From Octopus sinensis (taxonomy: Eukaryota), in assembly GCF_006345805.1 (NCBI RefSeq), contig NC_043017.1:21080001-21144000 (forward strand): a stretch of 64,000 nucleotides of DNA. The letters are read 5' to 3'. Below, piece by piece: positions 1 to 12,252 of this stretch. The notes below the pieces were generated by a model, which did not search any database, was not told the DNA's origin, and was given only the letters and a program-made list of their open reading frames with translations. Made by a program: the position numbers and the translations under genes. Every line of letters begins with the position of its first letter. Within the stretch, counting starts at the first letter, position 1.

Positions 1-205
1 CTGGTGATGCTTTCATATTTTTGTGGCTGAACCTTCTGATGTTTGGCACACACACACACACACGCACACACACGCACGCACACATACACATGCATGCACA
101 CACACACGTATGTTTATATATATATATATATACATATATATAAATGTGTGTATGTGTACTCTTATATGAATGAATGTATGTATATGTATGTGCAGATGTA
201 TATGC

Positions 206-237
<32 letters not shown>

Positions 238-620
238 CTGTATACATGTTTGTGTGTAGATATATGATACACATACACACATTCATATAAAAAAGCATGT
301 ATGTGTGTGTATATGGATATATGAATGCATGTTTGTGTGTGTGTATATATTAACACACATGTGGGCACACGCACACATATATATATATGTATATATATAT
401 GTACAGACTTGTATATACATGTATATGTTTATATATATAGGTATATATATGTGTGCGTGTGTGTATGTATATATATATACATGTGTGAATATATATATTT
501 CTACATATATGTGTGTATATATATGTTATATATAATGCTTATATGGGTTGTGTATATATTATATATATATATGTATATATATATATTTATGCATGCATGT
601 ATGTGTGTGTGTTTGTGAAC
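1..620. repeat. Compound (CA)n/(TA)n/(TG)n microsatellite field
   Basis: Seen directly: alternating CA/TA/TG/TATG runs. The overlapping H/T/Y/I/V/C-only ORFs are translations of it. Confidence 0.95.
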
Positions 621-1057
621 AGAGCTGAGTCTATGTATGTTCAAGGGAAGTACATATAAATTACATTTCTTTGTGTATATGTGTGTGTTTGTGTGTGTGC
701 ATCTGTGTGAAAACACACACACAAACACACACACAAATAACAATTCCGAGGTCCCTTCATCTGCTGGTCCCTTTTCAAATACAAAACAAGCGTATGTCTT
801 TGGTGTGGGTATGTGCCTGTAACAGTGTCTATGCGTACGTGGAGTAAAGGGGCTCCTGTTCACTATGATTCATAAATCAAACGCAGGTCATCCTACCCAG
901 GAACAGTCATTATTGATGACCGGTCTTTTCATATGAATCAAAACCGAAAACGGGAGGTCAATTTGGAGTTTAATGACAGTCAAAGAGGCAACTTTATGAG
1001 GCCAGAGTAATTATGGCTCACATTTTGCTTGCTCTCTCCCCCTCTCTCCCTCTCTTG

Positions 1058-1620
1058 TAGAGGTGGTTGTCGTTGTTGTTGTGGTGGTGGTCTTGATGGC
1101 TGTAGTGGTGGTGGTGATAGTGGTTATGTTGGTGGTGGTAGTGGTGTTGGTTGTGGTTGTAGAGGTAGTGACAGTGGTGTTGGTGGTTTTGGTGATAATA
1201 GTAGTGATGGTAATGGTGGTGGTTGCGGTTGTGGTAGTGAAAGTGGTGGTGGTCATGATGGTTGTAGTGATGGTGGTGATTGTGGTGTTGGTTGTGGTGG
1301 TTATGGTGCTGGTTGTGGTGGTAGTGTTTGTGGTGGTGATGTTTGTGGTGGTGGCGTTTGTGGTGGTGATGGTTGTGGTTGTGGTGGTGGCTGTTGGTGT
1401 GGTGGTGATGGTTATGGTGGTAATTGTGATGGTATTGGTGGTAGTGGTGATGGTGGTAGTGATGGTGTTGGTAGTGGAGGTGGTGGTTATGGTGAGTGTG
1501 GTGTTGGTAGTGGTTGTGGTAGTAGACATAGTCATAGTGGAAGGGTTGGCAGTGGTGATGGTAGAAGTAGCAGTGGAATTAGTAGTAGTAGTAGTAGTAG
1601 TAGTATAGCAGCAGCAGCAA
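1058..1620. repeat. Cryptic (GGT/GTG/AGT)n trinucleotide tract
   Basis: Degenerate GGT/GTT/GAT triplets ending in pure (AGT)n and (GCA)n. Several frames are open only because of low complexity. Confidence 0.9.
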
Positions 1621-1927
1621 TGGTAGGCTGGTTGGCTGTCTGCTTGCTATTATTTAGACAAGTAAAAATTAGAATCTGTAACAAGGAAGAAGATACTTTT
1701 GAATAATTTATGAAGAGCCCAACGAAGAATTTTAAAATGGTATAATGACTGCAAGAATTAAGAATTCCTTCAGCAGACACTGTAAAGGAATGGCTGATCA
1801 CTACGAGACCAGTGCCACATCACACAGAGCATCTACATGGTTGCTAGAAACAAGAGCTACATTTCTTTCATATCATGGTCTGTCTATTTTTTTAAAAAAA
1901 CAAAACTAAGGATATTTTGCATGATGT

Positions 1928-2097
1928 GGTGCAGGTGTGGCTGTGTGGTAAGAAGCTTGCTTGCCAACTACCTGGTTTTGTGTTCTGTCCCACTGCCTGG
2001 CAACTCAGGGCAAGTATCTTCTCCTATAGCCTTGGGCCTACTAAAACCTTGAGAGTGGATTTTGTAGAAGGAAACTGAAAAAAAACCCATCATATAT
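1928..2097 (+). mobile_element. tRNA-derived SINE family B, 5' half
   Basis: ggtgtggctgtgtggtaagaagcttgcttgccaac...gggcaagtatcttctcctatagcc...gtggattttgtagaaggaaactg matches the full copies at 9132 and 41474. Confidence 0.8.
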
Positions 2098-2122
2098 GTG
2101 TCTGTCTGTCTGTCTGTCTGTA

Positions 2123-2217
<95 letters not shown>

Positions 2218-2249
2218 GTATATATATATATATATATTAGAAAAATATA

Positions 2250-2466
2250 TTTGGAGGTGATGTACAGTTATTATATATTACAAAAAATAAGGTACTCAGA
2301 AATCTGGAAGGTTGTACTTTTATGTTTTTATAACTCATTTGTTAGCGCTAATATATGATTTATAAAAATATGTGACATATTAATAAAAATCTGTAAATGT
2401 ACAACCATCCAGATTTCTGAGTACCTTATTTTTTCTAATATATAATACCTGTACATCACCTCCAAA
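2250..2466. repeat. Fold-back element, 68-bp inverted arms
   Basis: 2250-2317 is the reverse complement of 2399-2466 with 3 mismatches; spacer is 81 bp. Confidence 0.9.
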
Positions 2467-2490
2467 CCTTCTTATATATATATATATATC

Positions 2491-2605
2491 ATCATCATCA
2501 TCATCATCATCATCATCGTTTAACGTCCGCTTTCCATGCTAGCATGGGTTGGACGGTTCACTGGGGTCTGGCAAGCCCGAAGGCTGCACCAGGCCAGTCA
2601 GATCT
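2491..2605 (-). mobile_element. SINE family C 3' end with (GAT)n tail
   Basis: (cat)n-cgtttaacgtccgctttccatgctagcatgggttggacgg... matches 48436-48560 and the reverse complement of 38650-38768. Confidence 0.8.
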
Positions 2606-2614
2606 ATATATGCA

Positions 2615-2672
<58 letters not shown>

Positions 2673-3060
2673 GTATATGTATATAAGTAACAAAGATGCC
2701 CAGGTATCAGTACTTTACAGCTGTTTCGAGTGGCTCTATTATCCTCTAAATTCATTCCACCACAAATATAACCAAAGGAAACAATGTAAATATTTTGGTT
2801 TCTTGTACTGATATAAATTTATTAAAAACGGTTTATCCTTTATGTTGGAAATCTGTATGGTCACCTACAACTGAGGAGGGTGGTTTCTTTCAAATGGATG
2901 CAATGTTTTCATTGATCGATTAAATGGACCCACTTGAAACAATTGTAATGTATTGATACCTGGACATTCTTGTTATTTATATTTTGTACACCTAACTTGG
3001 AGCTATGTGGATGAAACTGAACTGGCTTGATGCCTCAATTTAAGTACCTAATTCAACTAA

Positions 3061-3455
3061 ATCATCATCATCATCATCCAGTGTTTTAAATCTGGCTTTT
3101 GTCCCCATTAGCAGGTGTAGCTGGATCTACCTCAATGCCACAGCAACCACCCTCACACCATCTCGCCATCTTGATTGGTTTTGGGCGTCCTCCTTTCCCA
3201 AACCAACCCTCCCAATCTCCTCCTCCACCTGTCCTCTCCACCTTTTCCTCTGTCTACCTTCCTTTGGCACTCCATTTACCTCAAACGCAATCACTCTCCT
3301 CAGAACATGCTCTTCATCCCTCCTCAGCACATGCCCATACCACCTCACCCCATTCATTGCCAACCATTCCACCGATTCCTCCAACCCTAAATATTCCCAT
3401 CAAATCCTTATCGGACAGCTTCACCCCACACATTTCTCCTAATCATATTTGATAT
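3061..3455 (-). mobile_element. RTE-clade LINE, 5'-truncated 3' end
   Basis: Minus-strand translation ...MCGVKLSD..., NGVRWYGHVLRRDEEHVLRR...G RQRKRW...RWR is the typical RTE C-terminus. It is followed by a short UTR and a (GAT)n tail at 3061-3076, and has frameshifts. Confidence 0.85.
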
Positions 3456-3697
3456 ATGTATAAATATATACTTGGAGTCCCTTTTTAAAGTAGAAGAAAT
3501 AGCTAAGGTTTTTTGGCTGCTATTTCTAAATTTCGGTATGTGGTAAAGCAAATCTTTGCTGAACCCTAATTATAAAGTATTACTTAAGTTTACCGTGAAA
3601 TGGTCCTTTTTCATGCTGAATTCTACTTGGTGAAATTATTGATTACTTCTTAATTAATTAATTTTACCCTTTGTTATTACAAATATATATATAGATA

Positions 3698-3887
3698 CAG
3701 GGTACCCATAAAATCATGGCACAATATAAATATACGTGAAAAATTTATCTGTCAAAAGGATAAGAAAGCTTAACGTGTCTGGTTTTTCTCTTCGTCTAGA
3801 GTTTTATTATGTTTTATTTTATCTAATATTTTTCACAATTTCTGAAACTTAAAAATGACTTCTTTTTCAGACTTAATGGACATCGTG
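3698..3887. mobile_element. Putative Tc1/mariner-type MITE
   Basis: TA-CAGGGTACCCATAAAATC at the left end. The reverse complement of the right end (cacgatgtccattaagtc) is a degenerate match. Confidence 0.4.
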
Positions 3888-4795
3888 TGTGTGTGTGTGT
3901 TTATATACAGAGTTTGTCTGTTTCATATATCATTCTCTGTTATTTGTTTAGTTTTGCAATTTAGGTAGTTGTTCCCTGTGACCATACATATTTGTAGGGA
4001 AAACTGGAAATAAAGGGCTTTGCATTTATGACAGTGATACTCGTTTATGACTCCTCATCATGTGACGTTAAAGCAAAGGGACAGTAAGAAATACACACAC
4101 ACAGACACAAGAATAAATACACAGACTTACACACACACAGACACAAGCATTGAACACATATACATTAAGTGAGACAGGTAAAAGGTAAACGGTAAAAGAT
4201 TTCAGGAAAAAAGACTTTAATTTGTGAAGAAAGATAATTTCTTATCTGGCAATTCATAAACAGACGAAACGGTGCCAAGTATTTTAAAATTTTTAAACAA
4301 AAGCGTTTTTACAGACAATCAGAAACCAAAAGAGAGACGATATTCAGTTCCTCAACGGAATCTAATTATTTCGCAAGAAACAAGGAATGACTTTTTCCTG
4401 AGAGATAGAAACATCACTGTATACAATGGAAAATACATGAACAACAACCCTTTCTACTAAAGATGCAAGGCAAGGGATTCTGGGGGAGGGGACTTGTCAA
4501 TTATATCAACCCTGATGATTAACGGGGACTTACTTTATCAATCTTGAAAGGATGAATGGCAAAGTCAACCTTGGTGACATTTGAACTGAGAAGGTGAATA
4601 CACAATCAGAAGAGTAAGATACAATTACTATTGTTGTTGTTGGTGGTGGAGGTATTGTTGGGCTACAGTTTTTTTTTTTATATACAAATATATTTCTTGC
4701 CTTGAAATTCCTAACAATACTCTCTTACCATACAAGTTATCATTGAAATATCCTTCATATAAGCACATCTTAGGACTTCATATATATATATATAT

Positions 4796-4850
<55 letters not shown>

Positions 4851-4864
4851 ATATATATCTATAT

Positions 4865-4928
<64 letters not shown>

Positions 4929-5144
4929 GTATATATCTATATATTTTTGCTCTTTCAAAAACTCATAAAAAGCTTATCTTCAAGAAAGAAAGTAGATTTA
5001 GGTAATTACAAAGTAGGATATCACTAACGAGATAGCTACTATGAAGTGAAATAGTGTTCAGAAAGAAAGCATTTCAGGTCAGCATTGTGAAGTAGAAAAC
5101 AATCTCACAGAGGAAATAGAGAGGTCCAAGTCCTTCATATAGAG

Positions 5145-5523
5145 CAATGGTTCTCAGCCAGGGTTTGCACGACCCCTGGAGGTTCATATAAATTTTTTGG
5201 GGTTCCACACAAACAGAACAGTAAATTAGGGGTCCATAGTTGTATTTTGGGGGCTGATAATAATAATTTGGCTTTAGTTGTATTTGATGCAAGAAACAGC
5301 TCTATTTCTTTCTCTAATATTTCACATAATTAAACAAGTTTCTGGCCACTGAAACATGTTCCCTAAGAGGGTTCAATTACAAACCTACCAAACTGAAAGG
5401 ATGGGAAGCAAAATAAGAATTCTGAAACTAGTTTTTAAACATCAAATGTCAATGGAGGTCCACAAGAATCAAAGAGTAATCAAAGAGGTTCATAGGTACA
5501 AAAAAAATGGTTTGGAGCCACAA
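5145..5523. mobile_element. Degenerate hAT-type MITE
   Basis: Left end caatggttctcagcc resembles the CAGTGGTTCTCAACC hAT/Charlie TIR and the right end is degenerate. The interior (aacagtaaa, ggggtccata, aagaaacagct) resembles 53665-53955. Confidence 0.45.
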
Positions 5524-5789
5524 ATATGGTAGTCATAATGTTCACTATTTTAAGGGTGTAGGAGATTTTTGTGAAAGGGGCTGCTGGGAGCAGTGCTGCT
5601 AAAGTACACATCATTTGGCATAAAAGAAAATTACATGTCGTTGCTGATGGAGCTTGTCTGTTTTAAGGCTGTCAAATTGCTCAAAAGCTGCCACTTGCAG
5701 ATATTAATTGTAGATTGATAAACCCGCTGGTGCATCATGCGCATCAATGCATGTGTGGGTGCATTAGAAGTGTAGACATGTATGAACAT

Positions 5790-5843
5790 TCATATATATA
5801 TATATATATGTATACATATACATGCATACATACAGACACATAC

Positions 5844-5876
<33 letters not shown>

Positions 5877-6077
5877 CTTTAACGATCAATTATAATGATT
5901 ATTATATATATATACACACATGTATATCTATGTATATATGTGTGTATATACATTTATATAAGTATATATATATACATATAGACACACATATAAATATATA
6001 GATATATATATAGATAGATACATATATACATGGATATGAGGACACACACGCGCACATATATATATACATACAAAATT

Positions 6078-6122
<45 letters not shown>

Positions 6123-6372
6123 AAACACATATTTGTACATACATATATACATACTCACATATACATACATACATACATACACACATAAAAAAATATATAT
6201 TTATTTATATACATGTACAATGCAAACATATATATAAACATGCATAATATATATTTATACATCTATATATATATATATATATACATATACACACACATAT
6301 ACATACATACATATATATATGCATGCTCATATACAACATGCCTGCATGCATGCCTAAAGACATGCATACATG

Positions 6373-6417
<45 letters not shown>

Positions 6418-6676
6418 CTATATCAACAAACATACTCACTTCAGTAAATTTGCACAATAAGAATTCTCCTCATTTCAATATTTTAACATTTACCATTTTT
6501 CGTAAAACTAATAAAACTCTGTTGCAATTCCTTCAAAGCATTGTCACCATTTTAAAACAGGCAATGTTGTTGTTGCTGTTGTTGTTTTTGTTGTGTGTGT
6601 ATTTCTAGTTGTTTCCATTTCTGTGAATTTCTTTGTGAGTTGCCGTCGGTCTTGCTTTTTTTTTTCTATGCATATG

Positions 6677-6707
<31 letters not shown>

Positions 6708-6833
6708 GCATATATATGTGTGTGTATTTGTGTGTTTGTGTATATCATCATCATCATTTAACATCCATGTTCCATATATATGTAAGTGTGTGTTTGTATA
6801 TACATATATATATATATATGTATGTATGTATAT

Positions 6834-6870
<37 letters not shown>

Positions 6871-7110
6871 CATATATATATACACATGTATATAAACATA
6901 TATATGTATGTATGTATATATACATACGTATGTATATATATATATGTATATATATATATAAACATATATATGTATGTATGTATATATACATACATATGTG
7001 CATATGTGTATACATATATATATATATAAACGTATGTATGTATGTATGTATATATACATACATATGTATGTAAATATATATATATACACACACACACATG
7101 TATATATATA
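5790..7110. repeat. (TA)n/(TACA)n/(CA)n microsatellite fields around a short unique island
   Basis: Seen directly. Confidence 0.9.
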
Positions 7111-7399
7111 TTTTCCTTCTTGATTCCCTTTCTTCCTTTCTCCTTCCCTTCTTTCCTCTGTAAATGTTAATTTATTCGATATCACTGCACTTTAAAGTGA
7201 AAACGAACGTATAAAGAACATTTGAAGAAACGAAAGACAAAAGGAATGGAATTCACAAAGCAAAGCAAAAGAAATATGTTCGGTGCCAATCTACAATGTT
7301 TTAGAATAAGGAATGGTGGCACCAAACCGTCTTGAGAGAGAGATTTGGGAGGGAGATGGAATCAAATTCGCATTGTTCTTTCCCTGAAAGCTTGTATAT

Positions 7400-8128
7400 G
7401 TTAGCACACACACACTTACATACATACATACATGCACACACACTTACATACATACACACACACATACATACATGCACACACACATACTTGCATATACACA
7501 TACATACATATTCACATGCACACATGCACACATACATACACATACACACTTACATACATACATGCACACACACTTACATACATACACATACATACATGCA
7601 TACATGCACATACATGCACACACACTTACACACACATACTTACACATACACATACACACACATACTTACACACACACATACATGCACACACACTTACACA
7701 AACATACTTACACATACACATACATATTCACATGCACACATACACACACATACACACACACACACATACACATACACACACACGGACACTGACACACAAA
7801 CACACACATCAATGATTGAGCATACACTTTAACACACACTCACACACAAACACACACATCAATGATTGAGCATACACTTTAACACACACTCACACACAAC
7901 ACACACACACACACACATACACACACACGGACACTGACACACAAACACACACATCAATGATTGAGCATACACTTTAACACACACTCACACACAAACACAC
8001 ACACACATCAATACTCATACGCACTCATCCACACTTTCATGAAAAAGGCACATGCACACAAACACACATTAACATTCAGATGCAGACACACACATACACA
8101 TACACCCACATATATACAAATGCATTCA

Positions 8129-8162
<34 letters not shown>
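7400..8162. repeat. Cryptic (CA)/(CATA) repeat containing a ~50-bp minisatellite
   Basis: catcaatgattgagcatacactttaacacacactcacacac occurs three times (~7808, 7857, 7951); cggacactgacacacaa occurs twice. Confidence 0.9.
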
Positions 8163-8164
<2 letters not shown>

Positions 8165-8279
8165 GAGTAAATAAATTCCAAAACAGAAAATAAAAGGAGA
8201 TTCAGAGGAAGATAAAGAAAGTGGAATTAGACATTGTTTAAGATTAAGAAGTGAATGCGAGAACCAAACAAGTATCGAC

Positions 8280-8467
8280 AGTAATGGTAGCAGTTTCGGT
8301 GGTAGTGGTAGTAGGGGTAAGAGCAACAGTGGTGATCGTTGTAGGAGTAGTAGTAGTATTAGAAGCAGTAGAAGCCGTAGTAGTAGTAGAAGTAGTAGTA
8401 GCAGTAGTGGTAGGGGTAAGAGAAGCAGTAGTGATTGTTGTTGTAGTAGTTGTAGTAGTAGTAGAAG

Positions 8468-8500
<33 letters not shown>

Positions 8501-8581
8501 ATATTAGTAGTAGCAGCAGCAGTAGTATTAGTTGTAGCAGTAGTGGTATGGGCAAGAGAAGCAGTGGTAATTGTTGTAGTT

Positions 8582-8615
<34 letters not shown>

Positions 8616-8775
8616 TAGTATTAGTAGTAGTGGTAGGGGTAAAAGAAGCAGTGGTGATTGTTGTATTATTATTATTGTTATTATTATTATTATTAGTAGT
8701 AGTAGTAGGGGTAAGAGAAGCAGTGGTGATTGTAGTTGTAGTAGTAGTAATAACAGCAGCAGCTGCAGCAAGTGC
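8280..8775. repeat. Compound minisatellite: ~30-bp module separated by (AGT)n
   Basis: Five copies of ggtaggggtaagagaagcagtggtgattgtt (~8310, 8409, 8546, 8633, 8705). Confidence 0.85.
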
Positions 8776-9131
8776 AACAGTAGAAGTTCAGTCCCAGTGT
8801 GCAGCACTGTGTAAAGTGTTTTCTGCAATAGTGCTTGGTTGATCAATGGCTTATGAGAGATTTTGGTAAGTAGAAACTGTGTGGAAGCCTAGAGTATGTG
8901 TGTGTGTGTGTGTAATCAACTTATGAAGACATAGAAAATGGACGTTAAATAATGCTGGCACTATTGCTACTCCTGCTGCTGCTGCTGTGTGTGTGTGAGG
9001 GGAGGGTATGTGTTTAATTGTATTTGTGTTTGTCCCCCCCCCATCACCAATTGTGTTGGTTCGTTTATGTCCGTGTAAATTAGAGGTTCGGCAAAATAGA
9101 CTGAGAAAATAAATAAAAGCCATAACTAATT

Positions 9132-9545
9132 AGGCACAGGTGTGGCTGAGTGGTAAGAAGTTTGCTTCCCAATCACATGGTTCTGGGTTCAGTCCCACTG
9201 CATGCCACCTTAGACAAGTATCTCTACTACAGCCTCAGGCCAAACAAAGTCTTGTGAGTGGATTTGGTAGATGGAAACTGAAAGAATCCCATTGCATATA
9301 TATATATGTATATAGTTATGTGTGTGTGAATGTTTGTGTTTGTTCCTCCACCATCACTTGACAACCGATGCTGGTGCACTTATGTCCCTGTAACTTAGCA
9401 GTTCAGCAAAAGAGACTAACAGAATAAGTATGCGGCTTATAAAGAATAAATCCTGGGGTTGATTTCTTCAACTAAAACCTTTTAAGGTGGTGCTCCAGCA
9501 TGGTTGCAGCCAAATGGTTGCAACAAGAGAATAAAAGAATAAGAA
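9132..9545 (+). mobile_element. tRNA-derived SINE family B, full length
   Basis: tRNA-like head with A/B-box-like segments (tggctgagtgg; gggttcagtccc), an internal TA/TG run, and a 3' part ending in an (aagaat)-rich tail. Many copies occur in the window. Confidence 0.85.
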
Positions 9546-9576
9546 CTGCACTTGATTTATCACATGACCCCTTTAA

Positions 9577-9631
9577 GCCACAGCATGGCCACAGCATGGC
9601 CACAGCATGGCCACAGCATGGCCACAGCATA
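9577..9631. repeat. 11-bp tandem repeat (gccacagcatg) x5
   Basis: Seen directly. The unit resembles the SINE B 3' motif ccagcatggccacag. Confidence 0.95.
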
Positions 9632-10489
9632 GCTACAGTCCAATGACAGAATCAAGTAAAAAAAACAGAAAGATAAAAGATCTCCTCATTAAGTAATTCT
9701 ATGAATTTAAATAGAATGATTGAGTTGTAATTTCAGATTTTGTATAGGATTTGTATAGACACAAAAACAGACTTAACGGTGCTCTAAATACTTGTTTTGA
9801 TGCTATAAAACCGAATTAACAAGAACATCAGACAATCATGGAACTGTGCTATTGTGATTCTAGGTCTCTGCAAGGCATATGGTACTGGTGATTTAGAATT
9901 CTTTGACTTGGTTAATAGACAACAAATAAATAAACTTACATTCATATCATGGTGGGGCTTTGATGAAAAAACATAAACAAAACAAAAAAAAAGCAAGAGT
10001 GCATGATGTGTGTGAAAGGCCTTGGGAGAGGACCCCCTGGGAGATTTGAAATCAGTGCAGTGTTGCACTTGATGATCTTGTTAATTAACTAGATATTTAA
10101 TTTGAACAACATCTTCACAATAAGATTAATTAAGTAGATAGCTATAATTTGTTTACAAGAGCTTTCTAGATTACCTTGTTACATGATGTGTTGTGAAAGA
10201 AAATAAATACACTAACTTTTATCTTTTACTTGTTTCAGTTATTGGATGTGGTCATGCTGGTAGGGGGGGGGGACACCTTGAAAAATTTCAGTCAAATACA
10301 TCAACCCTATTATTTTTTTTGTAAGCCTGTACTATCGGATGCTCTTGCCGAACTGCTAAGTTATGGAGACATAAACAAACCAACACACATATGCATCATC
10401 ATCATCATTATCATCATTTAATGTCCGTTGTCCATTCTGGCATGGATTGGACTGTCTGACCAGAGCTGGCAAGCTGGGGAGCTGCACCA

Positions 10490-11225
10490 GACTACAACAC
10501 ACATACATACACACAAACAACCAACTGACACAAACCAACCGACACACACACATACACAAGCATACACATGTGCACACACACACACACAAATTGACCGACT
10601 GAAACATACACAAGTACATACACATACACGCACACAAGCATGCACATATACACATACACAAGCACAAACACACACACAAACTGACCGACTGACACACATA
10701 CACACACAAGTACATACATACATACAAGCACACACACATACACACACAAGCACATACAAGCAGACACACATACACATACAAGCACACATTTACAAGCACA
10801 CATGCACACGTACACAAGCACATACATGTACACACACACACATACAAGCAGACACACATACACATACAAACACACACACATTTACAAGCACACACACATA
10901 CACGCACATACCAGCACACACACACATACACATACAAACACACACAAGGACATACACATACAAGCACACACATACACACACAAGGACATACACATACAAG
11001 CACACACATACACACACAAGGACATACACATACAAGCACACACATACACACACAAGGACATACACATACAAACACACACACATACACACACAAGGACATA
11101 CACATACAAGCACACACATACACACACAAGGACATACACATACAAGCACACACATACACACACAAGGACATACACATACAAACACACACACATACAAGCA
11201 CACACACACACACATACACACAACT
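10490..11225. repeat. Cryptic CA repeat with a ~36-bp minisatellite
   Basis: cacacaaggacatacacatacaagcacacacataca is repeated about seven times in 10940-11195, giving the HTHTHTRTYTYK period in the ORF track. Confidence 0.9.
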
Positions 11226-11885
11226 ACAAGAATCTTTGGAATATCCATCTCGCACATTTCTTTGCCAAACCAAACTCCAACAGCTCAAACCTCAAAAACA
11301 ATCCGATGTTTCTTACCACCAACACAGAATCCTCCACCGCCATATGTAAGAAATTCTCCAAGAATCTGCAAAACATGCATGCCAAATTCTAATATGGGTT
11401 TATAGTGAATATAATATTTGTCATGTCAAAGAGACTTGTCAGAATCTACAATGGCAGCTGTCATGTACACCGTTTAAATTTACCGTTATTCTCAATGTGG
11501 TTGCCAATACATTTTAAGGATTTTAATCGTAGAATTTTCATCAACAATTACGAAGCTGTCTTGAAAATAAGGAATGATAGGTGGGGAAGATGAGGGGATG
11601 AAGGCAAAAAAAAAAGACAAAAAACACAGACAAGATTTTCTTGGATTTTCGGAATCCAGCTTTTTAACGAGTGTGTGTGTGTGTGTGTGTTTGTAAATGG
11701 TTTTGTTGTGGTATTGCATTCCAATTTTCATTGTTTTTCTTTGGTAGGGTGTGGGGTGGGCGGGTAGGTGGGTTCGAGGTGTTGATGCGGTGGTGATGGT
11801 CGCGAAGAAGAAGGGGGTTTTGTCTTGTGCATTCCTTCATGTTCCTGCCTTAGAAATTCACGTACGAGGAATTTTGAAAATAATA

Positions 11886-11924
<39 letters not shown>

Positions 11925-12218
11925 TAATAATAACAACAACAACAACCATAATAGTAATAGGGGTTTCTAACAAAATGATGTTGAATGGAGGTGGAGCGGG
12001 GAGGCTGTATTGCATCATAAAAGGAACCACAGTTCTGACAGCCATGCTTTCTTTTTATGATAAGACAAACACACACATTCCTATATATGTGTGTGTGTAT
12101 GTGAGGGAGAGTAAATGTTTACCAGCTATGATATTGGATTTGGGGATATTTGGATTACATTTGGTAGGTTTCCAGAGAATAATTTTAAAAAATAATAGAA
12201 AAGTGTGTGTGTGTGCGT

Positions 12219-12250
<32 letters not shown>

Positions 12251-12252
<2 letters not shown>

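Noticed and set aside
2700-2760. Possible hammerhead on the minus strand (GAAACAGCTGTAAAG)
   Set aside because: Only the 3' half is recognisable and no CUGANGA-like core could be placed. It is mentioned only as a family remnant, as is 59569-59620.
4262-4460. ORF VPSILKFLNKSV...NNNPFY after a possible acceptor (aaacAG)
   Set aside because: No recognisable domain, weak polypyrimidine tract and no partner exons. At most it is another CpG-containing unique island.
8305-8740. CRISPR-like repeat-spacer appearance
   Set aside because: The spacers are microsatellite, the repeats are non-palindromic and degenerate, there are no cas genes, and the context is eukaryotic.
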